A stretch of 64,000 nucleotides of DNA. It comes from a virus. Positions 45,415 to 56,329 of the stretch are shown here, one piece after another; the first letter of the stretch is position 1, and every line of letters starts with the position of its first letter. Where the stretch lies: IMG/VR virus record IMGVR_UViG_3300031800_000001, positions 1 to 64,000 of that record. One strand, 5' to 3'. Below the pieces are notes generated by a model. The model ran no database searches, was not told the origin of the DNA, and saw nothing but the letters and a program-made list of their open reading frames with translations. The position numbers and the translations under genes are program-made.

Positions 45415-45763
45415 AAAAAAAATCCTTCAAAAAAAAGCCTCACAAAAAAAGAGATGGTAGTTGGGATACCACCGACCTCTATAGAGGCGGCGAGAACCCT
45501 TTCGATGTAGAATGGATAAAGTATTATAACTCAGTGGAAGGCCGCGACCAAATACTGTTTCTTTATACGGACAAAGAAACAAAAAAAATCATAAAGCACA
45601 GAATACTTAGATAAAATCGTGTAAAGTTACACCATGTCAAAGCCACATGGTTGTAGCTGGAAGAGATACCCTTCGGAAGATAAGACCGTTCAGTTTTTTA
45701 TCATACTGTTCTTGATTTGTTTTATCGTGCTCATTTTCGGATTTCTTTGTGTAAATACAAAAG

Positions 45764-46237
45764 ATGAAAATCCTAAAGAAACTAAGGGAGAAAACAGGGA
45801 GCCTCCTGAAACGAACATCAAACTTCCTAAACGATAACATAAAATCCATATACGCAGTATTAGTTACTGCAATTCTTTTTACAGGATTAGGGTTAAAATA
45901 TCAGTCCGACTACGCAATTAGACTTTTAGAAATCCAAAAAGACTTCATCACTATTGAAGAAAATCTAAATTTATATAAGCTGGTCAACAAAGAACAATCA
46001 GATTTTATTAATTTCCAAGGCGAGGCAAATCATAGCCTAAGAAAATTAAATGCCAATCAGAAGGATACCCTACAACGAGCTAGCGAGGTTATTTACGAAC
46101 TCACCAACGAGCTCACCTACCGACAGGCCTTTATTCAAAAATTAGTAGAGTATTTAAAAAGCATAAAAGAGTGGCCCCCAAAAAACATGGCACCACCGGA
46201 GCGGCCTAAGCCAACCGACCCAGACAAATGGACATAG
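45764..46237 (+). CDS. membrane-anchored coiled-coil protein
   Basis: TM helix followed by heptad pattern. Confidence 0.6.
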   Translation: MKILKKLREKTGSLLKRTSNFLNDNIKSIYAVLVTAILFTGLGLKYQSDYAIRLLEIQKDFITIEENLNLYKLVNKEQSDFINFQGEANHSLRKLNANQKDTLQRASEVIYELTNELTYRQAFIQKLVEYLKSIKEWPPKNMAPPERPKPTDPDKWT

Positions 46238-46246
46238 GGGATCGCG

Positions 46247-46507
46247 ATGAAAAAACTTGCGATCCTCGACGAGTCACGATCTTATAGGTGGTGGGACAAA
46301 GAAACAACCACCTATGCTTTCCAAACTAAAAATGGAGACTGGTGGGTTATGCGCCCAGAGAAGAAATCTTCTCAAAAGAAAAAGATCGTTGCAAAGAAAA
46401 AAAGCGAATCTACAGTTTGCGGCAACAGCGTCACGCTAACGGTCATCGGGTTTGCACTAGGAGTCAGCCTTGCTTTAAATTTAATTTTTTTATTATGGGG
46501 AAACTAA
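46247..46507 (+). CDS. hypothetical membrane protein
   Basis: C-terminal TM helix. Confidence 0.55.
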   Translation: MKKLAILDESRSYRWWDKETTTYAFQTKNGDWWVMRPEKKSSQKKKIVAKKKSESTVCGNSVTLTVIGFALGVSLALNLIFLLWGN

Positions 46508-47004
46508 GAAGAACTACACTTTGGGTGATGGCGATATGCTTATTGAATGTAAGCTGTGTCGTTTTCCATCCCGAGCAGTTTCAAAGAGATGAACTAGGAT
46601 ACTATATTAATCACTACAACGCCTGCGGTCCAGTCGCCTTAGAGAAGGCGTTTGAAGCGTTGGGGGACGAGAACGAAAGCAGAGTCGAAATAAGCAGGAA
46701 AATACAAGACAAGGGAAATTCTTTAAGGACACTTCTTTCTTTGCTTCACTATGACGGCCTATTGGTAACTTTACCAAAAGAGATAAAAACCGCGTGCAAA
46801 GAACATGGGTATAAGGTTATAGAGCTTAATAACCTAGACGAGTTAAAAGAGAAAGACGTGGCCCTTGTTTTAGTTTGGGGAAGGATTTTTAAGAGAGAAG
46901 CTCATTGGGTAGTCTTTCCGATAGATAACGAATTTAGGAAGCTCAAAGAGTGGTATGGAGAATACACTGAAATAGGCAAAATTTACCTGTTAAAAAAAAT
47001 ATAA
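46495..47004 (+). CDS. C39-like cysteine peptidase, possible lipoprotein
   Basis: NACGPVAL catalytic Cys motif, HWVV. Confidence 0.6.
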   Translation: MGKLRRTTLWVMAICLLNVSCVVFHPEQFQRDELGYYINHYNACGPVALEKAFEALGDENESRVEISRKIQDKGNSLRTLLSLLHYDGLLVTLPKEIKTACKEHGYKVIELNNLDELKEKDVALVLVWGRIFKREAHWVVFPIDNEFRKLKEWYGEYTEIGKIYLLKKI

Positions 47005-47067
47005 TTTTTAATATCTAGTCATTTTTGTGTAATATGAATTAGTAGTCCGAATTGCATTGCCTCAAAA

Positions 47068-47625
47068 ATGAAAAATAAATTCTTTATCACCAAAAAGAAA
47101 CAGGAAACCTACTCCAAGCTTTGGGAAAAGGTTAACGAACCTACCATTGCGGAAGCTGACAAAAAGGCCGGGTACCCTCCTAAAGATAAAAAGGACGGCA
47201 AGAAAGGAGACAAAAAGGAAGATAAAAAAGAAAAAGGCAAAGATGGCAAGAAGCTCCCGCCGTGGCTAAACAAAAAGAAATCCAACTCCACTCTGTCTCA
47301 ACAAGAGGCTATAGATTATTCTAGTAAGATAATTGGGGCTTTAAGAAAAAAACAGAAAGATCACAACTCCGAATTTAATACGAAAGCTCAATTTTCAAAA
47401 ATAAAAGAAGCATACAGGCGGGGTGTCAATTTGCGCCCAAAAGGCTCAAAAAAAACATGTAACCAATGGGGGATGGCTAATGTTAATGCTTTTTTAGAGA
47501 AGGTGGAAGAACTAAATTTTGAAAAAGCCGACCAAGACATCAAGAAATACAACATAAAGGTAAGATTCAATGACTTAGAAGATCTGTATTTAGAAGAGTA
47601 TTCCCCAATTAATAAGGTGTATTAA
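47068..47625 (+). CDS. basic hypothetical protein
   Basis: Lys-rich; AYRRG...QWGMANVN.F motif. Confidence 0.65.
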   Translation: MKNKFFITKKKQETYSKLWEKVNEPTIAEADKKAGYPPKDKKDGKKGDKKEDKKEKGKDGKKLPPWLNKKKSNSTLSQQEAIDYSSKIIGALRKKQKDHNSEFNTKAQFSKIKEAYRRGVNLRPKGSKKTCNQWGMANVNAFLEKVEELNFEKADQDIKKYNIKVRFNDLEDLYLEEYSPINKVY

Positions 47626-47645
47626 TAAGAAGAGGGTATTTTATT

Positions 47646-47996
47646 ATGGCAAGAAAAGAAAGCGATTTCAGACAGGACGGCCTCCCGGCGGGGGTAAGTT
47701 ATGCATACAAGAAGGGAACAGATATTAGTTCCGCAGCGGATGTGGTTTCCGCGCCGTCGGTGAGCACTGATTCAATTGTGGTGACAGATATCGTTGTAAG
47801 CAAGGGGACGGCTGGAACGGTAACCGTGCAGGATGGAGCGACAGAAATTGCGGATTTATACGTGGCTGCAGGAGGGGTTAACTCGGCAAACTTATCCGGC
47901 CCGCTTAAGTTAACAGCTGGAAACGCGTTAAAAATGAAGCTGAACAACACGAACACCAATTATTCTATTTTAGTAACTTATTATCTACAATCATAA
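47646..47996 (+). CDS. small beta-rich virion-associated protein (putative)
   Basis: Composition and position before capsid genes. Confidence 0.55.
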   Translation: MARKESDFRQDGLPAGVSYAYKKGTDISSAADVVSAPSVSTDSIVVTDIVVSKGTAGTVTVQDGATEIADLYVAAGGVNSANLSGPLKLTAGNALKMKLNNTNTNYSILVTYYLQS

Positions 47997-48000
47997 GCCA

Positions 48001-49530
48001 ATGAAAAAATTCAAACACACTACGCTATTTAGCTCGGTCATAAGGCCCTTAGTGTCAGAGGAGAAGGACAAGTACCTCGCCTTGGCGAGCTCGTTAGATG
48101 TAGCAAACTTCATCCCAGAAATTGACACCGCCAAAAACATTGACCTTCTTCCCATTGCTTTCAATGCCTGTGTAGCCAATAGGGTCAACAGGAACGGGGA
48201 CGTCATTGACACGGAAACGGCTATAGAAATTTTTGAATCGTTCATTAATAAACCTATAAATGTTGAACACAACAGGCAAAGAGTAATAGGCACTATCCTT
48301 ACCGCTGGATTCAGTGAGTTTGGAACGGATGCCCCAGTAGAGAAGGACAAGGTGGCAAATGCTAGCGGGCCATTCAACATTACCCTCGGTGGAATAGTGT
48401 GGAAAGTAGTAAATAATGAATTGTCTGATATTATAGAAGAATCAAACGACCCGACAAGCGAGCACTTCATGAAAATTTCAGCAAGTTGGGAGTTAGGTTT
48501 CACAGACTACAACTTATTGGTTCTAGCAGGAGAAGAGAAGAATATCGAAAACGCGGTTCTCATTGACGACCCAGAGCAGATAAAATCATTGAAAGAAAAT
48601 TTAAAAATTTTTGGCGGATCAGGAAAGCTTGATGACGGTAGATTCATTTACCGCAAAGTAATCAACACGGTCATTCCCCTTGGGATAGGACTTACGGAAA
48701 CTCCAGCGGCGGATGTGAAAGGTGTCTTCGTCAGAAAAGAGAAAGCAAGGGAAAATCTTGCCGAAAACAGGGAGATTATCCCAGAAACCAAAAATAAAGA
48801 AAATATTTCACAAACCAATATAAACAATGTAATCAAAGAAAAGAGACTAGCTATGAAAATAAACAGTTTGAAAGATATCACTGATGAGAGCTTACAGGAA
48901 GTTTCCGCTTCTGCTATCACTGATTTTATCAAAACGGAACTCCAAGAATCTGTCGACAAGTTTGAGGCCGAAAAAACCGAACTTAACGAGTCACTAAAGG
49001 CAGCCAGAGAGGCCAATGAGAAAATCGAAAAAGCAGAAAAGAACACCCATGAGGAGCTCAATACCCTCAAGACCGAAATTGCCAAACTCGTCGAAGACAA
49101 AGAGGCGAAGGAGGCCGAAGAGAAGTTTAACCAACGTATGGCCCACATGGACGATGTCTATGAGCTTAACGACGAAGATCGTGAAGTTATTGCGTCAGAC
49201 GTAAAGGATTTGGATGATAATGGGTTCGAGACATACCAGAAGAAGATGTCTACCCTTATTCGTCACAAAAATAAAGAATTGCTGGCTGAAGAAGTCGAAG
49301 CGCAAGAAGTTGCCGTAGCGGCAGAGCCCAAGGTTGAAAAGGAGGCTACGTCTTCCGAAATCAACGCGAAACAGGAGTCCGAGGATACCGAGGAAGCTGT
49401 TGAACAGGCTTTGGAAAACGCTGAAGCGGAAGCGTCTACGGTTCCCGTTTCTACACCAGCAGAAGAGCCCACTGTTCATGACAAGTTCAAGAGAGCTTTT
49501 GATGTGGACCAATGGGAATTGAAAGAGTAA
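48001..49530 (+). CDS. putative prohead protease/scaffold protein
   Basis: N.NGD, F..KPINVEH...VIG, ISASWE; long acidic coiled-coil C-terminus; upstream of capsid. Confidence 0.7.
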   Translation: MKKFKHTTLFSSVIRPLVSEEKDKYLALASSLDVANFIPEIDTAKNIDLLPIAFNACVANRVNRNGDVIDTETAIEIFESFINKPINVEHNRQRVIGTILTAGFSEFGTDAPVEKDKVANASGPFNITLGGIVWKVVNNELSDIIEESNDPTSEHFMKISASWELGFTDYNLLVLAGEEKNIENAVLIDDPEQIKSLKENLKIFGGSGKLDDGRFIYRKVINTVIPLGIGLTETPAADVKGVFVRKEKARENLAENREIIPETKNKENISQTNINNVIKEKRLAMKINSLKDITDESLQEVSASAITDFIKTELQESVDKFEAEKTELNESLKAAREANEKIEKAEKNTHEELNTLKTEIAKLVEDKEAKEAEEKFNQRMAHMDDVYELNDEDREVIASDVKDLDDNGFETYQKKMSTLIRHKNKELLAEEVEAQEVAVAAEPKVEKEATSSEINAKQESEDTEEAVEQALENAEAEASTVPVSTPAEEPTVHDKFKRAFDVDQWELKE

Positions 49531-49565
49531 TTAAATTTTACATTAAATAAAGGAGAAAATAAATT

Positions 49566-50129
49566 ATGGCTATTAATCTAAAACCATTTAGAATTTACGA
49601 TGAGCATGATGTTATCAATCTTTACGCCTATAGTGGAGCTATTGGCGTAAGCGCAGGTGACAAAATCCCTCGTGGATCAATTGTTAAAGTAGTTCAGGGG
49701 TGGGATAATACATCCGAACCTGTTGAAATGCTTGGAAGCCCCGGCGCTTCCTACGACGGCACTGTTTCGCAGAGATACGGAACAGTAGCGAAGGTCGCCC
49801 TTGCGTCAAGCGGTAACGTTGCCCTAGGCATGATGCTGCACGACATCCAAGAGGTCGATGAAAACGGAGAATTACTGAAGTTCCATCCCCGCAAGGCGGC
49901 TGAAATGGAAGTGGTGCTCAGCGGACAATCCGTTCCTGTGGTAACCAGAGGAGTATTCCTATACACTGGAGACACAATCGGAACAGTTGAATACGCCAAC
50001 ACGAAGCTCTATACTGCTGACGACGGCGAAATTACAACGCTAAATCAGGACAGCGCTAACCACTTGGTTGGCAAATCACTCGGGGTCAGTGACGTCGATG
50101 GTTACCTCCTGATCAAACTGGAACTTTAA
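49566..50129 (+). CDS. putative capsid decoration/minor head protein
   Basis: Between protease and MCP; AGGAG SD. Confidence 0.6.
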   Translation: MAINLKPFRIYDEHDVINLYAYSGAIGVSAGDKIPRGSIVKVVQGWDNTSEPVEMLGSPGASYDGTVSQRYGTVAKVALASSGNVALGMMLHDIQEVDENGELLKFHPRKAAEMEVVLSGQSVPVVTRGVFLYTGDTIGTVEYANTKLYTADDGEITTLNQDSANHLVGKSLGVSDVDGYLLIKLEL

Positions 50130-50154
50130 TACTAAATAAGAGAGGAAATTTACT

Positions 50155-51333
50155 ATGAAGCTTAAATTAAAAGAAACACCGGAACAAGTAGAGCTCGTAA
50201 GAGCCCTTGGCTCTAGAAATCCTGCGATTTCTCAAGAAGCCAACGAGGCTTTTGCTGCGTTTATCGGTCCCGTCGTGAGTAAGGTCCTGAATGAAGCTGG
50301 AACTTCTAGCGCCATTTATACCGATACCGTATTCGACGAAGACGATCACCCGAGCTACCCACTTGACCTATATTACAATACGGACAAGGGCTTTATCAGC
50401 GTTTGGTCCCAAGACGTTGCTGGCGGTCTTCCGTCATCCAACGCGATGGTTCCGATCCAAGAGTTGAAGCTCATGACTTACCGTCTTGACAGTGCTGTTC
50501 ACCTTCACAAACGTTATGCGCGCAAAGCGCGTTTGGACGTCGTGGCGAAGGCTATTGAGCGCATGGCGCAAGAGGTACTTCTTAAACAAGAGCGCAACGC
50601 ATGGTCAGTGATCATGAAGGCCCTCGCAGAGGGAGCCACGAAGAATGGCCGCTCTGTTGCTGCTGGAACAGGCGGATCTCTTCGTCACGTGTTGACTTCG
50701 AGAAACACTGGCGCAACAGCTGAGTTCAGACTGTCTGACCTCAACGACTTGCTGACCAGAGTTAAGAGAATCAACGTCGGTTTTGCTGGTGGTACCCCCG
50801 CTGGCTTGATGGGCAGAGGTTTGACTGATCTGTGGATGAGCCCCGAAGTGATGGCCCAAGTTCGTGCCTTTGCGTTTAACGCAATTCGTACTGACTCTGG
50901 CGCAACCGCCACGAATGCTCAGAATATGCCGGATGCGGCACGGATGGGAGTTTGGAGCTCCGCCGGAATGTCTGAGATTTATGGAGTGTCACTGCATGAG
51001 CTCATCGAGCTTGGTCTTAACGAAAGATACAACGCGCTGTTTGAGACGTTCTTTGACAGTGTTGGCTCTGCTGCCACGAACCTTGACGGTTCCACGAACA
51101 GCATTTCCAACTTCGCGACAGCCTCCCATCAAGTTCTTGTTGGGTTGGATCTGAGCCGCGAGTCGTTTGTTCGTCCAGTTGCTCGTCAGGCTGAAAGTGG
51201 TGGAACGTTCACGGCATTGCCCGATGACCAATTCTACGCCACTCGCGCTGACAAAACAGGCTGGTATGGCTTCCTTGAGGAAGGCAGACTCTGCTTGGAT
51301 GGACGCGCAGTCGTTGGACTGATTCTGGGCTAA
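50155..51333 (+). CDS. major capsid protein (putative)
   Basis: 392 aa after protease and decoration genes; followed by terminator. Confidence 0.75.
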   Translation: MKLKLKETPEQVELVRALGSRNPAISQEANEAFAAFIGPVVSKVLNEAGTSSAIYTDTVFDEDDHPSYPLDLYYNTDKGFISVWSQDVAGGLPSSNAMVPIQELKLMTYRLDSAVHLHKRYARKARLDVVAKAIERMAQEVLLKQERNAWSVIMKALAEGATKNGRSVAAGTGGSLRHVLTSRNTGATAEFRLSDLNDLLTRVKRINVGFAGGTPAGLMGRGLTDLWMSPEVMAQVRAFAFNAIRTDSGATATNAQNMPDAARMGVWSSAGMSEIYGVSLHELIELGLNERYNALFETFFDSVGSAATNLDGSTNSISNFATASHQVLVGLDLSRESFVRPVARQAESGGTFTALPDDQFYATRADKTGWYGFLEEGRLCLDGRAVVGLILG

Positions 51334-51350
51334 TTGTTCGGAATAAATTT

Positions 51351-51382
51351 AAGGCCCGGGGGTTTCTCTCCGGGCCTTTTTT
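51351..51382 (+). terminator. intrinsic terminator
   Basis: AAGGCCCGG...CCGGGCC-TTTTTT. Confidence 0.8.
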
Positions 51383-51409
51383 CGTGTAACCCTAAGTAAG
51401 GAAAAAGGT

Positions 51410-51835
51410 ATGAAAAGGAAAAAAAATAACACGGAAAAACCTAAGGCTTCCAAGGCAAAAACGCAAAAAAAACCCCGTAAACCTTCTGAATTATCCCAAA
51501 CCCATGGGAGAACAGAAGAACCAGAATTCCAACCCACGACGCTAGATCAAATTTGGGGGGATACGGGAAATGATAAATACGGTACGCTAGACGAAGAAGA
51601 GTATCAAAAAGAATTAGACGAGTTTTCTCTCACAGACCTCCACGCACACGCGTCACAAGTGGGTATAATTCCCATCGACAGCAGAGACATGCTGGAAAGA
51701 AGGCTTGTGAAAGAATTCAACAAACATGTAAACGTCTACAGAAAGCCATACGTCGGATCTTCTACGCCAACTAAGGAAGAAGAAATGAAACGAATCCCCA
51801 AAAAAGTGTGGGATATTTTAAAAGAAGGTAGATAA
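51410..51835 (+). CDS. hypothetical protein
   Basis: 141-aa ORF after GTGTAA. Confidence 0.7.
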   Translation: MKRKKNNTEKPKASKAKTQKKPRKPSELSQTHGRTEEPEFQPTTLDQIWGDTGNDKYGTLDEEEYQKELDEFSLTDLHAHASQVGIIPIDSRDMLERRLVKEFNKHVNVYRKPYVGSSTPTKEEEMKRIPKKVWDILKEGR

Positions 51836-51883
51836 TCTTTTGGATAAGGTTTCGCTTTCTTTCTATTATATTAGGAACAGACC

Positions 51884-52270
51884 ATGGCGACTACTTATGA
51901 CATTACCCTTGTGCAGGGAGAAACCTTAGATCTTCGATTTAAGGTCACAGATTCCGATTCTATTCCAATAAATTTAAGCGGATATTCAGCAAGAGGTGTG
52001 GCCCGAATGGGTTATGGAAACACTGGTATACTGTTGAATCTAAATCCGAAGGTAGTTTCTGGAAGCGACGATGATGCCACCCTTGGCGCAAGTGGGTTTA
52101 TTGACGTTTATATTAGGCCAACCGATACCTCCGGCGTGCCCGTGGTACAGGGGGTGTATGATGTAGAAAAATATCTAACCGTTCCTATTGCGTCAGGAGA
52201 TTGGGAGGCTGAAAAAGTGGTAAAAGGATATTTTAATGTCGTTCCAGAAGTGACAATATCACTACAGTAG
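51884..52270 (+). CDS. BppU-like/tail adaptor small protein (putative)
   Basis: I..QGET...PINLSGYSAR...GVYDVE...VKG.F.V.PEVT pattern. Confidence 0.6.
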   Translation: MATTYDITLVQGETLDLRFKVTDSDSIPINLSGYSARGVARMGYGNTGILLNLNPKVVSGSDDDATLGASGFIDVYIRPTDTSGVPVVQGVYDVEKYLTVPIASGDWEAEKVVKGYFNVVPEVTISLQ

Positions 52271-52280
52271 GGAACGATAA

Positions 52281-55200
52281 ATGGCTCAAAAGGAAGTATC
52301 TGTACAGATTACGCAATTGAGTGCAAGCGTAGAAGCTGCCTCTTCTGCCGGTGCTTCTGTGTCCCAATCTACATCCAGCGCTACAGTAATCAGCGCCAAA
52401 TCAGCAGGAGCACAGACTATCATGGCTGGGCCTCAGGGGCCAGCAGGGCCATCTGGTATATCTGGCATGCAAGGAATATCCGGTATGTCTGGCACAGGTC
52501 CAATAGGACCAAGTGGAGCTACTGGAGCCTCTGGCATTTCTGGAACGCAAGGAGAACAAGGTTCTCAGGGTGACCAAGGCGACCAAGGGATTCAGGGTCC
52601 AAGCGGAGCTACAGGAGTCTCGGGTATTTCTGGAACGCAGGGCATCCAAGGCCCTTCTGGGGCTACTGGCATTTCGGGTATTTCTGGAATGCAAGGAGGA
52701 CAGGGTATTCAAGGAACCCAAGGCGACCAAGGCGACCAAGGCGACCAAGGAATTCAGGGGCCAAGCGGGGCCACGGGAATTATAGGAGCCACGGGCAGCC
52801 AAGGCCCTATAGGACCGCATATCACAGGAATTAGTGGTAGTGGGACAGGGGTAAGCTTCTTTGTCTCCGGAGGAGGCATCCTCGGGCCAATAAACATACA
52901 AGGACCAAGCGGTGCGACAGGCACTAGTGGAATATCAGGGTTAAAAGGAGACTCGGGACCTCAAGGAGATGTCGGAAGTACTGGACCAACGGGCCCTCAG
53001 GGCTCGCAAGGGGATCAAGGCCTTGTTGGCGGAGACACTTTTAACTTTTATTTTAGTACAGATACCATAGACACAGACCCCACAAATGGATATTTAAAAT
53101 TTGGGAATTCCACCTACTCAAGCATAACCGAAATATACGTCGATGATATGGAAAAAGGTGGAGACTCCATAACTGACTGGGTCGATGCCTTAGATGACGT
53201 TTATCAATCAAGAATAAAAGTTTTCTCGGCTAGTGACGCAGAAAAGTGGGCGGTCTTCAAAGTAGTTTCGGACAACACCGCAAAGGTCGGCTATACCCAA
53301 ATCAATGTTAATTATATAGCTCATAGCGATTTATTCGTAGTAGACGAAGAGGTAGCAATGACTTTTGCGCCAGCCGCACAAGGCCCGAAGGGGGATACTG
53401 GACCGACGGGGCCGGGAGGCGCTCAAGGCGATCAGGGGGATCAAGGGGTTGCTGGAACTAGCGGCATTGGAATCACTGGTATAAGTGGGAGCGGAACAGG
53501 GGTAAGCTTTTTATTATCTGGTGGCGGAACTCTTGGTCCAATAAATATACAGGGCCCATCTGGTTTATCTGGTTTATCTGGAATATCAGGAATGCCGGGA
53601 GGTCTGGGAAGCACAGGCCCTCAAGGAGCTCAAGGTGACAAAGGCGACAAAGGCGACCAAGGCGACCAAGGAATTCAGGGAATCCAAGGACCAAGCGGGG
53701 CCACAGGAGCCACAGGAGCCGTGGGGCCGCACATTACAGGCGTAAGTGGCAGTGGGACAGGGGTAAGCTTTTTAGTCTCAGGAGGAGGCGTCATTGGACC
53801 AATAAATATACAAGGGCCCTCTGGGCTTACAGGAATCTCCGGAATGCCGGGAGGACTAGGAAGCGCGGGTCCCCAAGGCGATCAAGGAATCCAAGGGTCG
53901 CAAGGCATACAAGGAACCCAAGGAGACCAAGGTCTTGTTGGCGGAGATAGCTTCGATTTTTATTGGACTACTGATACGGTAGTTTCTGACCCCGGAAATG
54001 GATACATAAAGTTTGATAATTCAACTTATGCAAATGTACAAAAAGTTTTAGTTGATGACCTAGAAAAAGGAGGGGATTCAATAATCGATTGGGTTAATTC
54101 TTTGGATCACGTAACCGGCTCTAGAATAAAAATATTCGACTCGGCCACTGCCGAAAAATGGGCCGTATTTAGGATAGGAAAAGATAATACTGCTGGAGCA
54201 GGATATACCCAGCTTAATGTCAATTATATAGCTCATAGTGACTCTTTCACGTTAAACGAGGCAGTCACATTAACCTATGCACCAGCGGCCAGTGGAGCAC
54301 CGGGGGATGCCGGACCAGCAGGGCCTTCGGGAGCTACGGGAGCTACAGGCGTGGCGGGAGAGGGAACAGGGGACTTCGGTGGATATAGCTTTAGTTTTTA
54401 TTATAATAGCGGGTATTCAGAAGCTCTTTGGTCCGAGGGGCCGGGAACCAGCGGGCTTAAGTTGGTGACTCCGAATAATGATATACGTGACACGTCGGGC
54501 ATAGATATATCTTATACTAATTATCGCGGGGGAGATGCTACTTACTGGCTTGAAGATTTTGGAAATTATGGTGATGTAGCAAATAGAGGCATATTAAAAT
54601 TATTCCATCGAGATAAAGTCAATGTAGAGTGGGCTGCATTTTTGATTACTGGCCAGCCTGCAAGCCGTGATTCTTGGTCAAACGTAGGAGTTACATGGAA
54701 GTCCTCGTCGTCGAGCAGTCCGCCATTGTTTACTCACTCTGGGGAAACCGTAGTCTCTTTCGTTCCAGCTGGCCCAACCGGACAAGCAGGAGCAGCAGGA
54801 GCAGCAGGAGTAGGCGGCGGTGGCGGTGGTGGTGCTCCAGCCACTGGACATACTGGAGCATTTCAGTTCCATGGAGGCTCTATGAATGACGTTGGCGTGG
54901 GTTCGCTTTCGGGGTCGAATGTACTTTTTGAAGGGCACGACTTCAACCAATCGACTACCGGATTTGAATACGCAAACGCAATAGGGATTGGTCAGGAATT
55001 TCAAGAGCTAGCCCTCGGAAACATAGCTCAGTACCCGAACCCAGTCACGCCGGAGTACATCTTAGATTGCGGCATGTCGGGAACGTTGGACGTAAGGGGC
55101 GAGGTGTGGGTCAGTGGAAACCTTGTGCCTCATGTAAGCGGAGGCTTTAATTTGGGCTATAATGAGCCCGCCGGTCTCGGGGCAGAAACAAGAGGTAAAT

Positions 55201-56327
55201 GGTGGGGGGAGATCTTTGCAGATAGTGGGACTTTTCATGGGGCCGCAGTTAACTCGCTTGACGTTATAAATCACGGGGCAAGAGTAAGCATCGGGGCAAG
55301 CCCCGACTACATGTATGGATCGGCAGGCGGATCATTATATTGTCCTACCGGCTATTTTGACAAGATAGGATCATGGCTAGATGCACAGGGACAACCCCCA
55401 CTGAATACAACTATGCATGGAGTTTTCCTTCACCAAAATTGTCTGCATTTCTCGCCAGAGCTTGACGGAGGGGCAGATCTTGGAACCCCAGATTTATATT
55501 GGAGCAGTTTGTATTTAAACAACAACAGTCTCGTAATGTCAGGCGTAGGAATGACCGGCGCTGTGCATATCGGGTTCGATAATGATCACAACCTTAGAAT
55601 AAGCGCACCAAAGACTGGGAACGAAGTAACGATAAGCGGAACACCCTTAACGGGTTATTCTCCTAATACCGTGGCCGACATAAGGTTCTCCGGCACTGGA
55701 CTGTCGGAGGCCACAACGCTAAGGGCCAATAGCGTTGGAGAGCTAACTATATCAACCCAAGGAGACGCAGGTGGGCAGACAACTATTTCTAATGCTAAAA
55801 TAACTTCGCCAATTTTTTCTGGAAACTCTGGGGTTTTTCGATCAGGAATAAACCTAACAAACACTGATCTTGGCATAACATATTTTGACGTACATGATGA
55901 TGGTAATGCAGTAGGAGACATGACATTCTGTGGTCAAGTTAATCAATGCGTAGAAGACTTGGGGGAATTTGGCGAGACCGGATGGGTACCGGACCCATAT
56001 GGTATAGGCATGGGTGGTACTGGATTCAGCATAAATATGGCTGGCAGCAACATGAAGAAATTCAACTTATGCTCGCATGCTCGCGGGCTTAATTTGACGA
56101 ACATAAAGGCTGGGCGTTCAGTGACAATCCAGATCTTCGCAACAGACGGCTGTTTGACAGCAGACGATAATTATTACAGATTTTTAAGCGGTAACAACCT
56201 CAATTTTGTGGGAATTGAGCCGCATACCCTAAAGATAGGAAAAATGGGGCTACTGACAATAACCGCATACGGCACCGGCGCTAGCTCTTGCGTTTGTCAC
56301 TGGGCTGAATCGGATTACACGGTTTAA
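52281..56327 (+). CDS. collagen-like tail fibre protein
   Basis: Long G-X-Y tracts interleaved with duplicated globular domains. Confidence 0.85.
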   Translation: MAQKEVSVQITQLSASVEAASSAGASVSQSTSSATVISAKSAGAQTIMAGPQGPAGPSGISGMQGISGMSGTGPIGPSGATGASGISGTQGEQGSQGDQGDQGIQGPSGATGVSGISGTQGIQGPSGATGISGISGMQGGQGIQGTQGDQGDQGDQGIQGPSGATGIIGATGSQGPIGPHITGISGSGTGVSFFVSGGGILGPINIQGPSGATGTSGISGLKGDSGPQGDVGSTGPTGPQGSQGDQGLVGGDTFNFYFSTDTIDTDPTNGYLKFGNSTYSSITEIYVDDMEKGGDSITDWVDALDDVYQSRIKVFSASDAEKWAVFKVVSDNTAKVGYTQINVNYIAHSDLFVVDEEVAMTFAPAAQGPKGDTGPTGPGGAQGDQGDQGVAGTSGIGITGISGSGTGVSFLLSGGGTLGPINIQGPSGLSGLSGISGMPGGLGSTGPQGAQGDKGDKGDQGDQGIQGIQGPSGATGATGAVGPHITGVSGSGTGVSFLVSGGGVIGPINIQGPSGLTGISGMPGGLGSAGPQGDQGIQGSQGIQGTQGDQGLVGGDSFDFYWTTDTVVSDPGNGYIKFDNSTYANVQKVLVDDLEKGGDSIIDWVNSLDHVTGSRIKIFDSATAEKWAVFRIGKDNTAGAGYTQLNVNYIAHSDSFTLNEAVTLTYAPAASGAPGDAGPAGPSGATGATGVAGEGTGDFGGYSFSFYYNSGYSEALWSEGPGTSGLKLVTPNNDIRDTSGIDISYTNYRGGDATYWLEDFGNYGDVANRGILKLFHRDKVNVEWAAFLITGQPASRDSWSNVGVTWKSSSSSSPPLFTHSGETVVSFVPAGPTGQAGAAGAAGVGGGGGGGAPATGHTGAFQFHGGSMNDVGVGSLSGSNVLFEGHDFNQSTTGFEYANAIGIGQEFQELALGNIAQYPNPVTPEYILDCGMSGTLDVRGEVWVSGNLVPHVSGGFNLGYNEPAGLGAETRGKWWGEIFADSGTFHGAAVNSLDVINHGARVSIGASPDYMYGSAGGSLYCPTGYFDKIGSWLDAQGQPPLNTTMHGVFLHQNCLHFSPELDGGADLGTPDLYWSSLYLNNNSLVMSGVGMTGAVHIGFDNDHNLRISAPKTGNEVTISGTPLTGYSPNTVADIRFSGTGLSEATTLRANSVGELTISTQGDAGGQTTISNAKITSPIFSGNSGVFRSGINLTNTDLGITYFDVHDDGNAVGDMTFCGQVNQCVEDLGEFGETGWVPDPYGIGMGGTGFSINMAGSNMKKFNLCSHARGLNLTNIKAGRSVTIQIFATDGCLTADDNYYRFLSGNNLNFVGIEPHTLKIGKMGLLTITAYGTGASSCVCHWAESDYTV

Positions 56328-56329
56328 CG

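Noticed and set aside
52430-54800. GGCGACCAA-type tandem DNA repeats or a DGR target
   Set aside because: Explained by collagen G-X-Y coding; no reverse transcriptase or adenine-specific template/variable repeat pair seen
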